A program made the position numbers and the translations under genes. Shown here in pieces: positions 29,760 to 38,775 of a DNA stretch of 44,228 nt. Within the stretch, counting starts at the first letter, position 1, and the number at the start of each line of letters is the position of its first letter. Origin of the DNA: Candidatus Woesearchaeota archaeon (GTDB lineage Archaea; Nanobdellota; Nanobdellia; Woesearchaeales; WJIZ01). Where the stretch lies: positions 1 through 44,228 of the forward strand of contig JAAOYF010000010.1 in assembly GCA_018221205.1 (NCBI GenBank), read 5' to 3'. A model generated the notes under the pieces. It searched no databases and was not told the DNA's origin. It saw only the letters and a list, made by a program, of their open reading frames with translations.

Positions 29760-30047
29760 TTAATATCTAATCAAGCTCTGTCCACTTAGATTGACATAAT
29801 GACTTTTTAATTCTTTACCAGGTTCATTCCAAATAAGATCCAGTATTTGTTCATATGCATCCCATATTGTATCGGGTTTGCTTCCCTCACTTGCTGCACT
29901 ATACATGAGTGTTATTACAATCAAGGCAATGGGAGTGTACGCTGCTTTTCCAGCAATAATCGAAATATCTTTTGCTTTCGCGCTTACAACTCCGACCTGC
30001 TCCTCTAAAGTCAGCCCAGGTTTTGGATCTTCTGGCTTAAATAACAT
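29760..30047 (-). CDS. Hypothetical protein with one hydrophobic segment
   Basis: ATG-initiated ORF that fills the gap, with a TATA-like TTATAAA upstream. No homology recognised. Confidence 0.5.
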   Translation of the reverse strand: MLFKPEDPKPGLTLEEQVGVVSAKAKDISIIAGKAAYTPIALIVITLMYSAASEGSKPDTIWDAYEQILDLIWNEPGKELKSHYVNLSGQSLIRY

Positions 30048-30095
30048 GAATTATCTAAATCAGTTACAATTTATAAGAATTATTGTACTAGAGAG

Positions 30096-30326
30096 CTATT
30101 TCTTACCGTTTCCAGCACGGCCAAAAAGAATACCTGCGAGAACATTCAATGCCCATGCTTGAAGAACACTTATCTTATAGAGCGCTCCGAACACAAAGTT
30201 CCACAGCCACATGACTGGAAAAGCAAGGATCAGGCCGATGATTGCCGATATGAGGATGACCAGAAGCATAGTATAGGCTAGGTCTATTAATCTACCTAAT
30301 ATTGGAATGTTTGTCAATACCCCCAT
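30096..30326 (-). CDS. Small membrane protein
   Basis: 76-aa hydrophobic ORF (PVMWLWN...I...QAW.L) with TTTAAAAA upstream. Confidence 0.65.
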   Translation of the reverse strand: MGVLTNIPILGRLIDLAYTMLLVILISAIIGLILAFPVMWLWNFVFGALYKISVLQAWALNVLAGILFGRAGNGKK

Positions 30327-30381
30327 AGGAAAAACAGGTATTTATCAGTTTTTAAATCTTCCGGCTGTTTAAAGAACAGAA

Positions 30382-31050
30382 TTAGAGAAGAGTGACATCC
30401 CCTTCTTGCACAACTAAAGGCCCTTCTTCAGTCTGTACAACCAAATGGCCTTCATCATTGATATCAACAGCCTCTCCAGAGATAGTCTTATCCAATGATT
30501 TTACCGTAACGTTCTTGCCGAGCATGCCGCATTTCTCTTTGAACATTCGCAGTATATCAGAATGATCCAATGTCAGCAACTCTTCATATCTCTTAAGAAT
30601 TTTCCCTAATAACTCATTCAGGTCGCTTTCTTTCCCCGTCACTTCTTTCAGTGAAACAGCAATCTTTGTTATGTCAGAAAGCTCATTGTTCACATTCAGC
30701 CCAATGCCCACAACAACTTTCTCTGCTTCATTCCCAGAAAACTCAACCTCTGAAAGGATTCCGCAGATCTTCTTTCCCTCAACGAGAATATCATTAGGCC
30801 ATTTCGTTTCTCCCGTACCAATACTCTCGAGAACAGCCAATGCTCCGATAAAAGTATACTCAAACAATCTCTTCCCAGGTTCCAACACCAGGCTGAACCA
30901 CAATCCACCTTTCGAAGAGACCCATTTCCTTCCGAAACGTCCTCTGCCACGGATCTGTTCCTCAGCGACGATCACATTATTGGCAGGATACTTCTTAGCA
31001 ACCTCATTCGTAGAATCAACCTCTGGAAAAGTATGGATATGGAACATCAT
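30382..31050 (-). CDS. birA: Biotin--[acetyl-CoA carboxylase] ligase (no HTH domain)
   Basis: DSTN, Q..GRGRFGR.W.S, KWPND, KICGIL.E and GIGLNVN. Confidence 0.95.
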   Translation of the reverse strand: MMFHIHTFPEVDSTNEVAKKYPANNVIVAEEQIRGRGRFGRKWVSSKGGLWFSLVLEPGKRLFEYTFIGALAVLESIGTGETKWPNDILVEGKKICGILSEVEFSGNEAEKVVVGIGLNVNNELSDITKIAVSLKEVTGKESDLNELLGKILKRYEELLTLDHSDILRMFKEKCGMLGKNVTVKSLDKTISGEAVDINDEGHLVVQTEEGPLVVQEGDVTLL

Positions 31051-32915
31051 TCATGGAAGATGGCTTCTTGTCTGGCAGTATGCACCCACATGCTGTTCTT
31101 GTCATTGAAACGATTTTTTTTCTTCATATACTCTGTTACAGCAGTCGAGATGATGATTGCTTTTTCATCTTTTGACAATGTTTTCTTCTTCTTGAATTCC
31201 TTCCGGATCCTCTCCATGATCTGATTCTTCTCGATGAAAGAGGTGGTTATGGTCCCCTTCTGGAACGCATCAGTGTTCAAGACAACCTTATGGAATGGGA
31301 TGGTAGTATCCACTCCCTCGATGATGAATTCTTCTAATGCCCTTTTCATCCTCTCGATAGCTTCTGCTCGTGTCTTGCCGCCGCACATCAATTTAGCCAA
31401 AAGAGAATCATAATGAGGACTCACAACTTGCCCGGCATGCGAACCAGAACACACTCGGATGCCCGGACCTCCTGGAGGAAGATAATTCACGATCGTTCCT
31501 GTTTCAGGACAGAACCCATCATGGACACATTCCGTATTTATACGGCATTCAATGGCCCACCCATCCATCTTGATATCTTCCTGTTTGAAGGCAAGCTCAG
31601 CTCCTGCCGCTATTTTAATCTGCTCTTTCACCAGGTCGATGCCGGTTATCATCTCAGTTATACCATGCTCGACTTGGATTCGAGTATTCATCTCCATGAA
31701 ATAGAAAGTTCCTTGTTTATCGATGAGAAACTCGACCGTACCAGCTCCCTCATAGTTGATTGAAGAGACAACTTTCAACGCTGCCCTCCCCATCTTCTCT
31801 CTCATCTCAGGAGTCAGTGCAGGACTGGGAGCTTCCTCGATCAATTTTTGATGCCGTCTCTGGATAGAACAATCTCTCTCACCCAGATGGATGATATTTC
31901 CTTTTCTATCGGCCAAGATCTGGAACTCGATATGCTTAGGATCTTCAATATACTTCTCGATAAAGACATCGTTGTTGCCGAATGCACTATGAGCTTCTGT
32001 CTGGCACGATATGAAATTCTCCTCGAAGCTTTCTCTGTTATGGACAATCCTCATGCCTTTGCCTCCTCCCCCAGCAGCTGCTTTGATGATGATTGGAAAG
32101 CCGATATGGCTGGCAACTTGTTTCCCTTCCTCGACATCCAGGATAGAGTGTCCAGTTCCTTCAAGGACAGGAACCCCTGCCTGACTGATCAATTGTTTGG
32201 CATTGATCTTATCTCCCATCGCTTCAATAGCCTTAGAGGAAGGCCCGATGAATTTGATGCCGTTCTTTTTGCACAGCTTCGCAAATTCAGCGTTCTCAGC
32301 CAAAAAACCATAACCCGGATGCACTGCATCCACTTTACATTTCTTGGCTACTTTGATGATCTTGTTCATATTGAGATAATCAGATGCCTTATTCCCTAAC
32401 TTGATCGCCCGATTTGCAAATTTCACCCCTAGACTTTTCTCATCCTGCTTTGTATACACCTGGACAGATTCGATGCTCAGCTCACGACAAGCTCTGATGA
32501 CTCTCAAAGCGATCTCTCCCCTGTTCGCAACCAAGATTCTCTTGAACAGTCTTCCTTTCTTGATTTTGGTATAATCCTTCATCTCACCCAAAGCAAGACC
32601 CTTGGTCAGGATATCCAGAAAGCCCGCAGAGTCCTTTTCCCTGACAATCTGCTTCAGCTTATCCTCGCTCATATGGGGCAATTTACTTGCAATTTCAGAA
32701 GTGATGACCTCAGTCAATTTACTGAAGCCAGGATCTTCTTGCAGCTTCCTGCTCGTTTCAAAACTGATCAGATGGTTCTTCAGGAAGCTTTCAAGCTCAT
32801 GGAATACATCCGGCACTTTCTTTCTCAGGCCCCTGACACCTTTCTTAAGGCCCATATAACCCTTTTCTAAAGGCTTCAGTGCATTATTGATGAACTTTGC
32901 AGTCTTCTTTTTCAT
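31047..32915 (-). CDS. accC: Biotin carboxylase with N- and C-terminal extensions
   Basis: ANRGEIA, HPGYGFLAEN, KAAAGGGGKGMR, ERDCSIQRRHQK, EMNTRIQVEH and YDSLLAKL. Confidence 0.93.
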   Translation of the reverse strand: MKKKTAKFINNALKPLEKGYMGLKKGVRGLRKKVPDVFHELESFLKNHLISFETSRKLQEDPGFSKLTEVITSEIASKLPHMSEDKLKQIVREKDSAGFLDILTKGLALGEMKDYTKIKKGRLFKRILVANRGEIALRVIRACRELSIESVQVYTKQDEKSLGVKFANRAIKLGNKASDYLNMNKIIKVAKKCKVDAVHPGYGFLAENAEFAKLCKKNGIKFIGPSSKAIEAMGDKINAKQLISQAGVPVLEGTGHSILDVEEGKQVASHIGFPIIIKAAAGGGGKGMRIVHNRESFEENFISCQTEAHSAFGNNDVFIEKYIEDPKHIEFQILADRKGNIIHLGERDCSIQRRHQKLIEEAPSPALTPEMREKMGRAALKVVSSINYEGAGTVEFLIDKQGTFYFMEMNTRIQVEHGITEMITGIDLVKEQIKIAAGAELAFKQEDIKMDGWAIECRINTECVHDGFCPETGTIVNYLPPGGPGIRVCSGSHAGQVVSPHYDSLLAKLMCGGKTRAEAIERMKRALEEFIIEGVDTTIPFHKVVLNTDAFQKGTITTSFIEKNQIMERIRKEFKKKKTLSKDEKAIIISTAVTEYMKKKNRFNDKNSMWVHTARQEAIFHE

Positions 32916-33072
32916 ATTGACTAGAAGCTCTATTTTGCTTTTTAAACGTTTCCAAAAACAGTTTATAAAGTCTATATTTGCTCAAAAATAGCTCTTTCAG
33001 GCCTTAAATCACCCATATTTAGGCATCGAAAGCTATATAAATTAACATGAGTTATTCCGGAGAGTGATACCT
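32916..33072. promoter_or_regulatory. Divergent archaeal promoter region (accC-birA / fabZ operon)
   Basis: Minus strand TTTAAAAA (32946-32939) ~24 nt before the accC ATG. Plus strand CGAAAG-C-TATATAAA (BRE/TATA-like, TATA 33034-33041) and SD-like GGAGAGTGA before the fabZ ATG. Confidence 0.55.
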
Positions 33073-33555
33073 ATGGACGAAATAGAAAAACTCAAAAAAG
33101 ATGGACAATTGGATAAGGAAGCGATAATGAAGATCATTCCTTATAATGAGCACTTTCTCATGATTGATAAAGTGACCGAGCTTGAAAAGAAGAAGATCGT
33201 AGCAACAAAAGAGATAACTGGCGATGAAGACTACTTGAAAGGACATTTCGCCGGCTTCCCTATAATGCCCGGAGCGCTTATGGTGGAAGGCATGGGCCAA
33301 GCAGCAACATTATTGATGCGCTATAATGTCGAGAATCATCAGGAAAAAGAGATTCTCGCATACAAGATAAAAGATGCGAAATTTTCTAAGCCGACCTTTC
33401 CCCCTGCAGTCCTCACCTATGAGGCAGAGATGCAGGGCATGGATAACCGAGGTGCGTTGCTGACCAGTAAGGCCATGGTGGATGGGCAGAAAGTGGCTGA
33501 AGCAACCCTGATGCTGGCTATGGTCGATCGAAAGCAATTCCGCTCCCAATCATGA
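33073..33555 (+). CDS. fabZ: 3-hydroxyacyl-thioester dehydratase, FabZ-like hotdog
   Basis: IPY...FLMIDKV, GHF.GFPIMPGALMVEGMGQ (catalytic His and Glu retained) and KF.KP.FP. Confidence 0.88.
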   Translation: MDEIEKLKKDGQLDKEAIMKIIPYNEHFLMIDKVTELEKKKIVATKEITGDEDYLKGHFAGFPIMPGALMVEGMGQAATLLMRYNVENHQEKEILAYKIKDAKFSKPTFPPAVLTYEAEMQGMDNRGALLTSKAMVDGQKVAEATLMLAMVDRKQFRSQS

Positions 33556-34682
33556 TCATGCAGAGATACATCCATGGAGTAGGTATGACTAAGTTTGGGA
33601 TAGAGGATATCTCAGCTCCAGACCTCGCAAGAGAGGCCATCGTGCAGGCATTGAAAGGCTCCAGCATGTCTCCAAACGACATTGATGCGATTGTCCTTTC
33701 TAATGCCGATACCAAACTATCACCGGAACGGCAGCGCGATCTGACTCCTATGCTCGCTTCCATCTTGAAAAGAAAACTCCCTATAGTCAGGATTCCTGCA
33801 GTCTGTGGCGGCGGAGGAGCAGCGATGTGGTCTGCACTGAAGCTGAAGTACAATAATATCTTGGTTATCGCTGTCGAAAAGATAGCTTCTACCTCTACTC
33901 AGATGATAACAAAAGAGATCATGCATGCAAGCGATAATTTCCACGAGCAGGATGAGGGTTTGATCTTTCCTGCAGTCAATGCAATGGTCGCGCAGGCACA
34001 CATGCTAAAATTCGGCACCACCCATGACGATCTTGCGCTGATCTCCTACAAGAACCATCATCATGGCAGTCTCAATCCGAAAGCACGCTTCTACAGGAAG
34101 AATATCTCCCTGGACACCATTAAGAACGCGCCAATAATCTGTTCTCCTTTTACATTATATGACTGTTCCATCAGCGTCAACGGCGCAGCAGCAGCAATAA
34201 TCTCAAATGATAGATCAGACATCAAAGTGAAAGGCTCTTCATTGGCAGCAGATTATCTTGCTCCCTTTGAAAGAGATGAGCTCACGACCTGGACAGGGAC
34301 AGTGAAATCAGGGAAGGAAGCGTTCCAGCAGGCTGACTTAAATCCATCTGACATCAATGTCGCGGAATTGCATGACGCCTTTTCGATTGTTGAACTCCTT
34401 GCCTATGAAGATCTGGGTTTCTGCAAGAAAGGAGAAGGAAAAAACTTTATCCGGGACGGCCATCCGAATCTCGACGGAAAAGTGCCTATAAACACATCCG
34501 GCGGCCTTAAGGCGCGCGGTCATCCTATCTCACCGACAGGGATGGCACAGATAGTCGAGATAGCCGATCAGCTGCGAGGGAGATGCGGAGACAGGCAGGT
34601 GACGAATCCTAAATACGGTTTAGCGCATAATATTGGAGGTGCAGGAGGCACGACAACGTGCCATATCCTACAAAAATGGTAA
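33552..34682 (+). CDS. Archaeal/SCP2-type thiolase (paralog 1)
   Basis: GVGMTKFG, AVCGGGG (nucleophile Cys), ELHDAF, NTSGGLKARGHP and HNIGG. Confidence 0.9.
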   Translation: MIMQRYIHGVGMTKFGIEDISAPDLAREAIVQALKGSSMSPNDIDAIVLSNADTKLSPERQRDLTPMLASILKRKLPIVRIPAVCGGGGAAMWSALKLKYNNILVIAVEKIASTSTQMITKEIMHASDNFHEQDEGLIFPAVNAMVAQAHMLKFGTTHDDLALISYKNHHHGSLNPKARFYRKNISLDTIKNAPIICSPFTLYDCSISVNGAAAAIISNDRSDIKVKGSSLAADYLAPFERDELTTWTGTVKSGKEAFQQADLNPSDINVAELHDAFSIVELLAYEDLGFCKKGEGKNFIRDGHPNLDGKVPINTSGGLKARGHPISPTGMAQIVEIADQLRGRCGDRQVTNPKYGLAHNIGGAGGTTTCHILQKW

Positions 34683-35797
34683 AGACAATTCGTTGGAAAT
34701 GTGAAGCATGCGATCTGACATGGATCCACCCTATTGAGACATGCTTATACTGCGATAAGCAGGTGAAAAAGATCATCGGAACAAAGCATAAGGTCATCGG
34801 AATAACTGAAGTGCATATTCCTAATCCGTTGCACCCTATTGTGCCCTATAATGTCCTTCTTCTTCAGGACGAGCATGGCAACAAGATGCCTAAGAAGACC
34901 ATGAAGAAGTACGGGGTTGGAGATACGTATGAGGATAAGCCGAATGACTCTGAAAGAGCGATCTCCTCAATTAAAATAAAGTATGATTTCTATGAGGCTG
35001 TCAAGGAAGCATTGGAATTGATAGGAGATATCGATGCAAAAGGGAAAAAAGTGCTGCTCAAACCGAATCTCAGCATTCCAGCCTATCCTTATCTCGGCCT
35101 CTCGACAAATCCTAAAGTATTGGATGCATTGATACAGATTTTGAAGGAAAAAGGCGCTGCAAAGATAGCCATAGCAGAGCAGAGCTTCTTTGTTCCCACT
35201 GAAAAAGCAGTGGCAAAATCAGGACTGGCAGAGCTTATGAAAAAACATGATATAGAGTTCATTGACATAGCCGAGACTGAATTTGAAGAGAAGAAGCAAA
35301 GGGAATTTACGTTCAAGGTCTCAAAGATAGTGGATGATTTTGATCTGCTCATCAACGTTCCGGTCATCAAGACCGATATGGTGCTCGGAATGGACGGTGC
35401 GTTTGAGAACCTGACAAGGTTCCTGGCAAAAGAGACATTCGATGATCTTGCGAAAGATCCCCAGAAAGCTGCATTGGCATTGGCAGCTCTCCTGAACATC
35501 TTTCCAAAATTCCTCACTATAGGTGATGCTTCCATAGGCACACAAGGAAACGGTCCTGCACAGCACGGCGAACCAGGTTTTTACGGTTTGATCTTCGCAG
35601 CCCGCAACCCAGTCGTCCATGATACAGCTGTCCAGGAAGTGTTCTGTCTGAGAAAACTTCCTTATGTCCAGATGGCAGGAAAACTCGGAATGGGAGAATA
35701 CGATTATAACAAGATTGAATTCGTCGGCAATGAGCTGGATGCTCTCAGGAAAGACATCAAGCAGCCGATAGGATCAAAATTGCTCAAGAAAGGTTAA
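34676..35797 (+). CDS. DUF35-like Zn-ribbon/OB-fold fused to a DUF362-like domain
   Basis: N-term CEAC...P...CLYC plus V.GITEV.......PY.V.L (DUF35). C-term KKVLLKPN, TNP.V..A.I..L...GA, INVPVIKT and NPV..D (DUF362). Confidence 0.75.
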   Translation: MVKTIRWKCEACDLTWIHPIETCLYCDKQVKKIIGTKHKVIGITEVHIPNPLHPIVPYNVLLLQDEHGNKMPKKTMKKYGVGDTYEDKPNDSERAISSIKIKYDFYEAVKEALELIGDIDAKGKKVLLKPNLSIPAYPYLGLSTNPKVLDALIQILKEKGAAKIAIAEQSFFVPTEKAVAKSGLAELMKKHDIEFIDIAETEFEEKKQREFTFKVSKIVDDFDLLINVPVIKTDMVLGMDGAFENLTRFLAKETFDDLAKDPQKAALALAALLNIFPKFLTIGDASIGTQGNGPAQHGEPGFYGLIFAARNPVVHDTAVQEVFCLRKLPYVQMAGKLGMGEYDYNKIEFVGNELDALRKDIKQPIGSKLLKKG

Positions 35798-35798
35798 G

Positions 35799-36926
35799 AT
35801 GTATATCAAAGGAACAGGCATGACGAAATTCGGGACATCTGATAAGTTCTCACACCAGCTCGCTTATCAGGCTACCCAAGATGCCTTGAAAGACGCAGAT
35901 ACGAAATTCAAGGACATAGACGCAGTCATCTGCTCTTCTTTGGAGTTCTTCTCCTCGATTGAGAAGCAACGGCATTTTGCTTCGATGCTTTCATCGATGT
36001 TCAAGACCAACAAGCCGATCATCAGGGTGCCTGCTGCCTGCGCCGGAGGAGGAAATGCAGTGTGGTTCGCAAATCAGCTCGGCTATGACAAGGTCTTGGT
36101 GGTGGGTGCTGAAAAGCTCATGACTATGAAATCCTCGACCATAACAGATGAATTCATGATGGCAGCCGAGCCTTTTTACGAGCAGCCAGAAGGCCTTAAT
36201 TTTCCTGCCCAGAATGCAGCAGTCGCACAGGAATACATGTTCAAATATCCCGAGACAACCCATGATCATCTCGCTCTTATCGCACATAAGAACCACCATA
36301 ATGGTTTCCTCAATCCAAAGGCCAAGTTCTTCGGTAAGAAAGTATCTTTGGAGACGATAAAGAACGCTCCTATGGTATGCTCCCCCCTACGATTATACGA
36401 CTGTTCCATCAGCGTCGACGGAGCAGCAGCCCTTGTCCTGACAAAGGACAAGACAGATATTGAGATCGCAGGCTCAGACATGTGCAATGATTTCCTCCCT
36501 TCTTTTGAGAGGGCAGATAATACTTCTTGGGATGCGACGAAGATAGCCTCAAAGAATGCCTATGGGCAGGCAAAGCTCACTCCCGAAGACATCAATATTG
36601 CAGAGGTCCATGATGCCTTCACCAGTGTTGAATTGATCGCATATGAAGATTTAGGTTTTGCCAAGCCCGGAACAGCATATAAGAAGATCGAAGCAGGCTA
36701 TTTCAATCTCGACGGTAAGCTTCCCGTAAATACATCAGGTGGCCTGAAAGCAAAAGGTCATCCTATTTCAGCGACAGGGGTTGCCCAGATGGTTGAGATA
36801 ACGCAGCAGCTGAGGAATCAGGCAGGAGATAGGCAGGTCACTGGTGCAAAGATCGGACTGTGCCAGAACATCGGAGGAGCAGGAGCCATTATTGCTACTC
36901 ATATTCTGAAAAAGATTGGAGGCTAA
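35799..36926 (+). CDS. Archaeal/SCP2-type thiolase (paralog 2)
   Basis: GTGMTKFG, AACAGGG, DGAAA, EVHDAF, NTSGGLKAKGHP and QNIGG. Confidence 0.9.
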   Translation: MYIKGTGMTKFGTSDKFSHQLAYQATQDALKDADTKFKDIDAVICSSLEFFSSIEKQRHFASMLSSMFKTNKPIIRVPAACAGGGNAVWFANQLGYDKVLVVGAEKLMTMKSSTITDEFMMAAEPFYEQPEGLNFPAQNAAVAQEYMFKYPETTHDHLALIAHKNHHNGFLNPKAKFFGKKVSLETIKNAPMVCSPLRLYDCSISVDGAAALVLTKDKTDIEIAGSDMCNDFLPSFERADNTSWDATKIASKNAYGQAKLTPEDINIAEVHDAFTSVELIAYEDLGFAKPGTAYKKIEAGYFNLDGKLPVNTSGGLKAKGHPISATGVAQMVEITQQLRNQAGDRQVTGAKIGLCQNIGGAGAIIATHILKKIGG

Positions 36927-36970
36927 AATGAAAATTCAAAAATTAAAAATTTTTGAAATTCATTTTTTTA

Positions 36971-36976
36971 GGAGGT
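36971..36976 (+). promoter_or_regulatory. Shine-Dalgarno GGAGGT for fabG
   Basis: GGAGGT-AAAAAA-ATG. Confidence 0.7.
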
Positions 36977-36982
36977 AAAAAA

Positions 36983-37717
36983 ATGAAAGGAAAAAACGCA
37001 CTTATTACAGGTTCAGCTCGAGGTTTGGGAAAGGAGATGGCCCTTACATTAGCAAAAGAAGGAGTAAATATCATCATCAATGATATCCCTCAGATGAAGG
37101 AAGAAGCAGAGAAGACCGTCGAGGAATTAACAAAGCTTGGAGTGAAATCAGAATTCCTCCCAGGAGATGTCTCAGATTTCGATTCCTGCAAGAAACTGGC
37201 AGAAGAGATAAAGAAGAAGTTCGAGAAGCTCGACATCCTCATCAATAATGCAGGAATAACAAAGGATAGAACGCTAAAGAAGATGACTAAAGAAGAATGG
37301 TATCCAGTTATCAGCGTCAATCTCAATTCCCTCTATAATGTGACTCATAATGTCATGGAATTGATCCCAGAAGGAGGAAGGATAGTCAATATCTCATCGA
37401 TAGCTGGTACGGCAGGCAATTTCGGCCAGACCAATTACTCAGCGACAAAAGCAGGCGTCATCGGCTTCACCAAATCATTGGCAAAAGAATTAGGAAAGAA
37501 TAAGATAACCGTCAACGCCGTCGCTCCAGGTTTCATCAAGTCAGCAATGACCGATAAGATCCCCTTGCAGATGCTGGCAAATATTCTTGAGTTAATCCCC
37601 ATGAAGACGACCGGAGAGCCGGAAGATGTCGCCAATGCAGTGAAATTCCTCTGCTCAGACGACGCTAAGTACATAACAGGAATAACGTTAGGAGTAGATG
37701 GAGGATTGAGTTTTTAA
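36983..37717 (+). CDS. fabG: 3-oxoacyl-thioester reductase (FabG/PhaB-like SDR)
   Basis: TGSARGLG, NNAGITKD, NISS, GQTNYSATKAG and VAPGFI. Confidence 0.88.
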   Translation: MKGKNALITGSARGLGKEMALTLAKEGVNIIINDIPQMKEEAEKTVEELTKLGVKSEFLPGDVSDFDSCKKLAEEIKKKFEKLDILINNAGITKDRTLKKMTKEEWYPVISVNLNSLYNVTHNVMELIPEGGRIVNISSIAGTAGNFGQTNYSATKAGVIGFTKSLAKELGKNKITVNAVAPGFIKSAMTDKIPLQMLANILELIPMKTTGEPEDVANAVKFLCSDDAKYITGITLGVDGGLSF

Positions 37718-37758
37718 TTTTTCATTACTATTATATAGCCTAAAATATCTCTCAACCT

Positions 37759-38445
37759 ATGAAAGGCACATTCATCATCGTGGATGGCATCGACGGCTCC
37801 GGGAAAGGAGAGGTCATGCGCGTTTTTCAGGATCAGCATGAACATGTCTTTGACCTTGATAAATATACACAAGATCATAGAAGATTCCCGAAGATTGAAG
37901 AGATAAACCAAGAAGTCATTCTTTCTGCCGAGCCAACTCATGTCTATGCCGGCGCAGCCTTAAGAGAAGAGATTTTAGCAGGAGAAAGAAAATATTCTGC
38001 ATTAACCACTGCCCATGGGTTTGCGTTAGACAGAGAGATTCTCTATAACCGTTTCATCATACCTGCGTTGAAAGCAGGAAAGACCATCATCCAGGAAAGA
38101 GGGATTGCCTCATCATTGGTCTATCAGCCAGTGCAGATGGAAAAACTCTCTCTGAGGGATATCATGAACATCTCCGGCAACAGATTGGCAATTAAGAACG
38201 CCCCAAATTTCCTCATCATCGTCAAGGCAGATGCAGACGTCATCTCCAAGCGAATTAAAGGAAGAAAAGGCATCTTCGACAGCCTCTTTTTCCAGAGAAA
38301 GATTGAAGAACGGTTTGAATCAGAATGGCTCAAGCAGGTCTTTGAAAGATTCGGCTCGAAAGTCATCTATATCGACGGAAACCTTCCTTTAGAAGAAGTA
38401 AAAGAAAATGCATTGAAAATCTATAATGATCATTTGAAGAGGTAA
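37759..38445 (+). CDS. tmk: Thymidylate kinase
   Basis: FI.VDGIDGSGKG, EPT, F..DR, QER...SSLVYQ and P. Confidence 0.82.
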   Translation: MKGTFIIVDGIDGSGKGEVMRVFQDQHEHVFDLDKYTQDHRRFPKIEEINQEVILSAEPTHVYAGAALREEILAGERKYSALTTAHGFALDREILYNRFIIPALKAGKTIIQERGIASSLVYQPVQMEKLSLRDIMNISGNRLAIKNAPNFLIIVKADADVISKRIKGRKGIFDSLFFQRKIEERFESEWLKQVFERFGSKVIYIDGNLPLEEVKENALKIYNDHLKR

Positions 38446-38693
38446 TGCTTTCTCACTTTTTTGTTGATCTTCCAGGTGCATTTCATTCCTTTAGGAAAAA
38501 CCACATAATCGCCTTTCTCAAAATGAGATACTTCTCCTTCTTCATTCGTCACATCGACATCTCCCTCTAGAAGCAGGCAATGCTCTTCCTGGCTGTATTC
38601 CCAAGGGAATTCACTTTCCTCTTTCTCCCAGATCCCCCAATCTTTGACTTTCTCCCTATCTTCTTCAGTCGCCTTATGTATGGTCGGTTTCAT
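38430..38693 (-). CDS. Cupin, DUF861/EutQ-like
   Basis: WGIWEKE.SEFPW.Y...E.C..LEG.V, GD.V.FPKG..C.W and KHY.F. Start at MKPT. Confidence 0.88.
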   Translation of the reverse strand: MKPTIHKATEEDREKVKDWGIWEKEESEFPWEYSQEEHCLLLEGDVDVTNEEGEVSHFEKGDYVVFPKGMKCTWKINKKVRKHYLFK

Positions 38694-38775
38694 GAGGGTA
38701 TTGAATCGAGAAGCGTATATATTACTTTCTCTGGAAATAGTGACATTTATATAGTTTTCAAGAGCAATCTTACCA

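Noticed and set aside
33552..36926. Standard mevalonate-pathway thiolase/DUF35/HMG-CoA synthase cluster
   Set aside because: No HMG-CoA synthase or reductase in the window; the neighbours are FabZ and FabG.
33552..37717. PHA synthesis (phaA/phaB) or beta-oxidation operon
   Set aside because: The SDR has a PhaB-like GQTNYS, but the window has no PHA synthase, acyl-CoA dehydrogenase, crotonase, FadB-type dehydrogenase or acyl-CoA ligase. Disfavoured rather than excluded.
37759..38693. tmk and cupin as members of the lipid system
   Set aside because: Housekeeping or generic genes with their own promoter-like sequences; probably interspersed.
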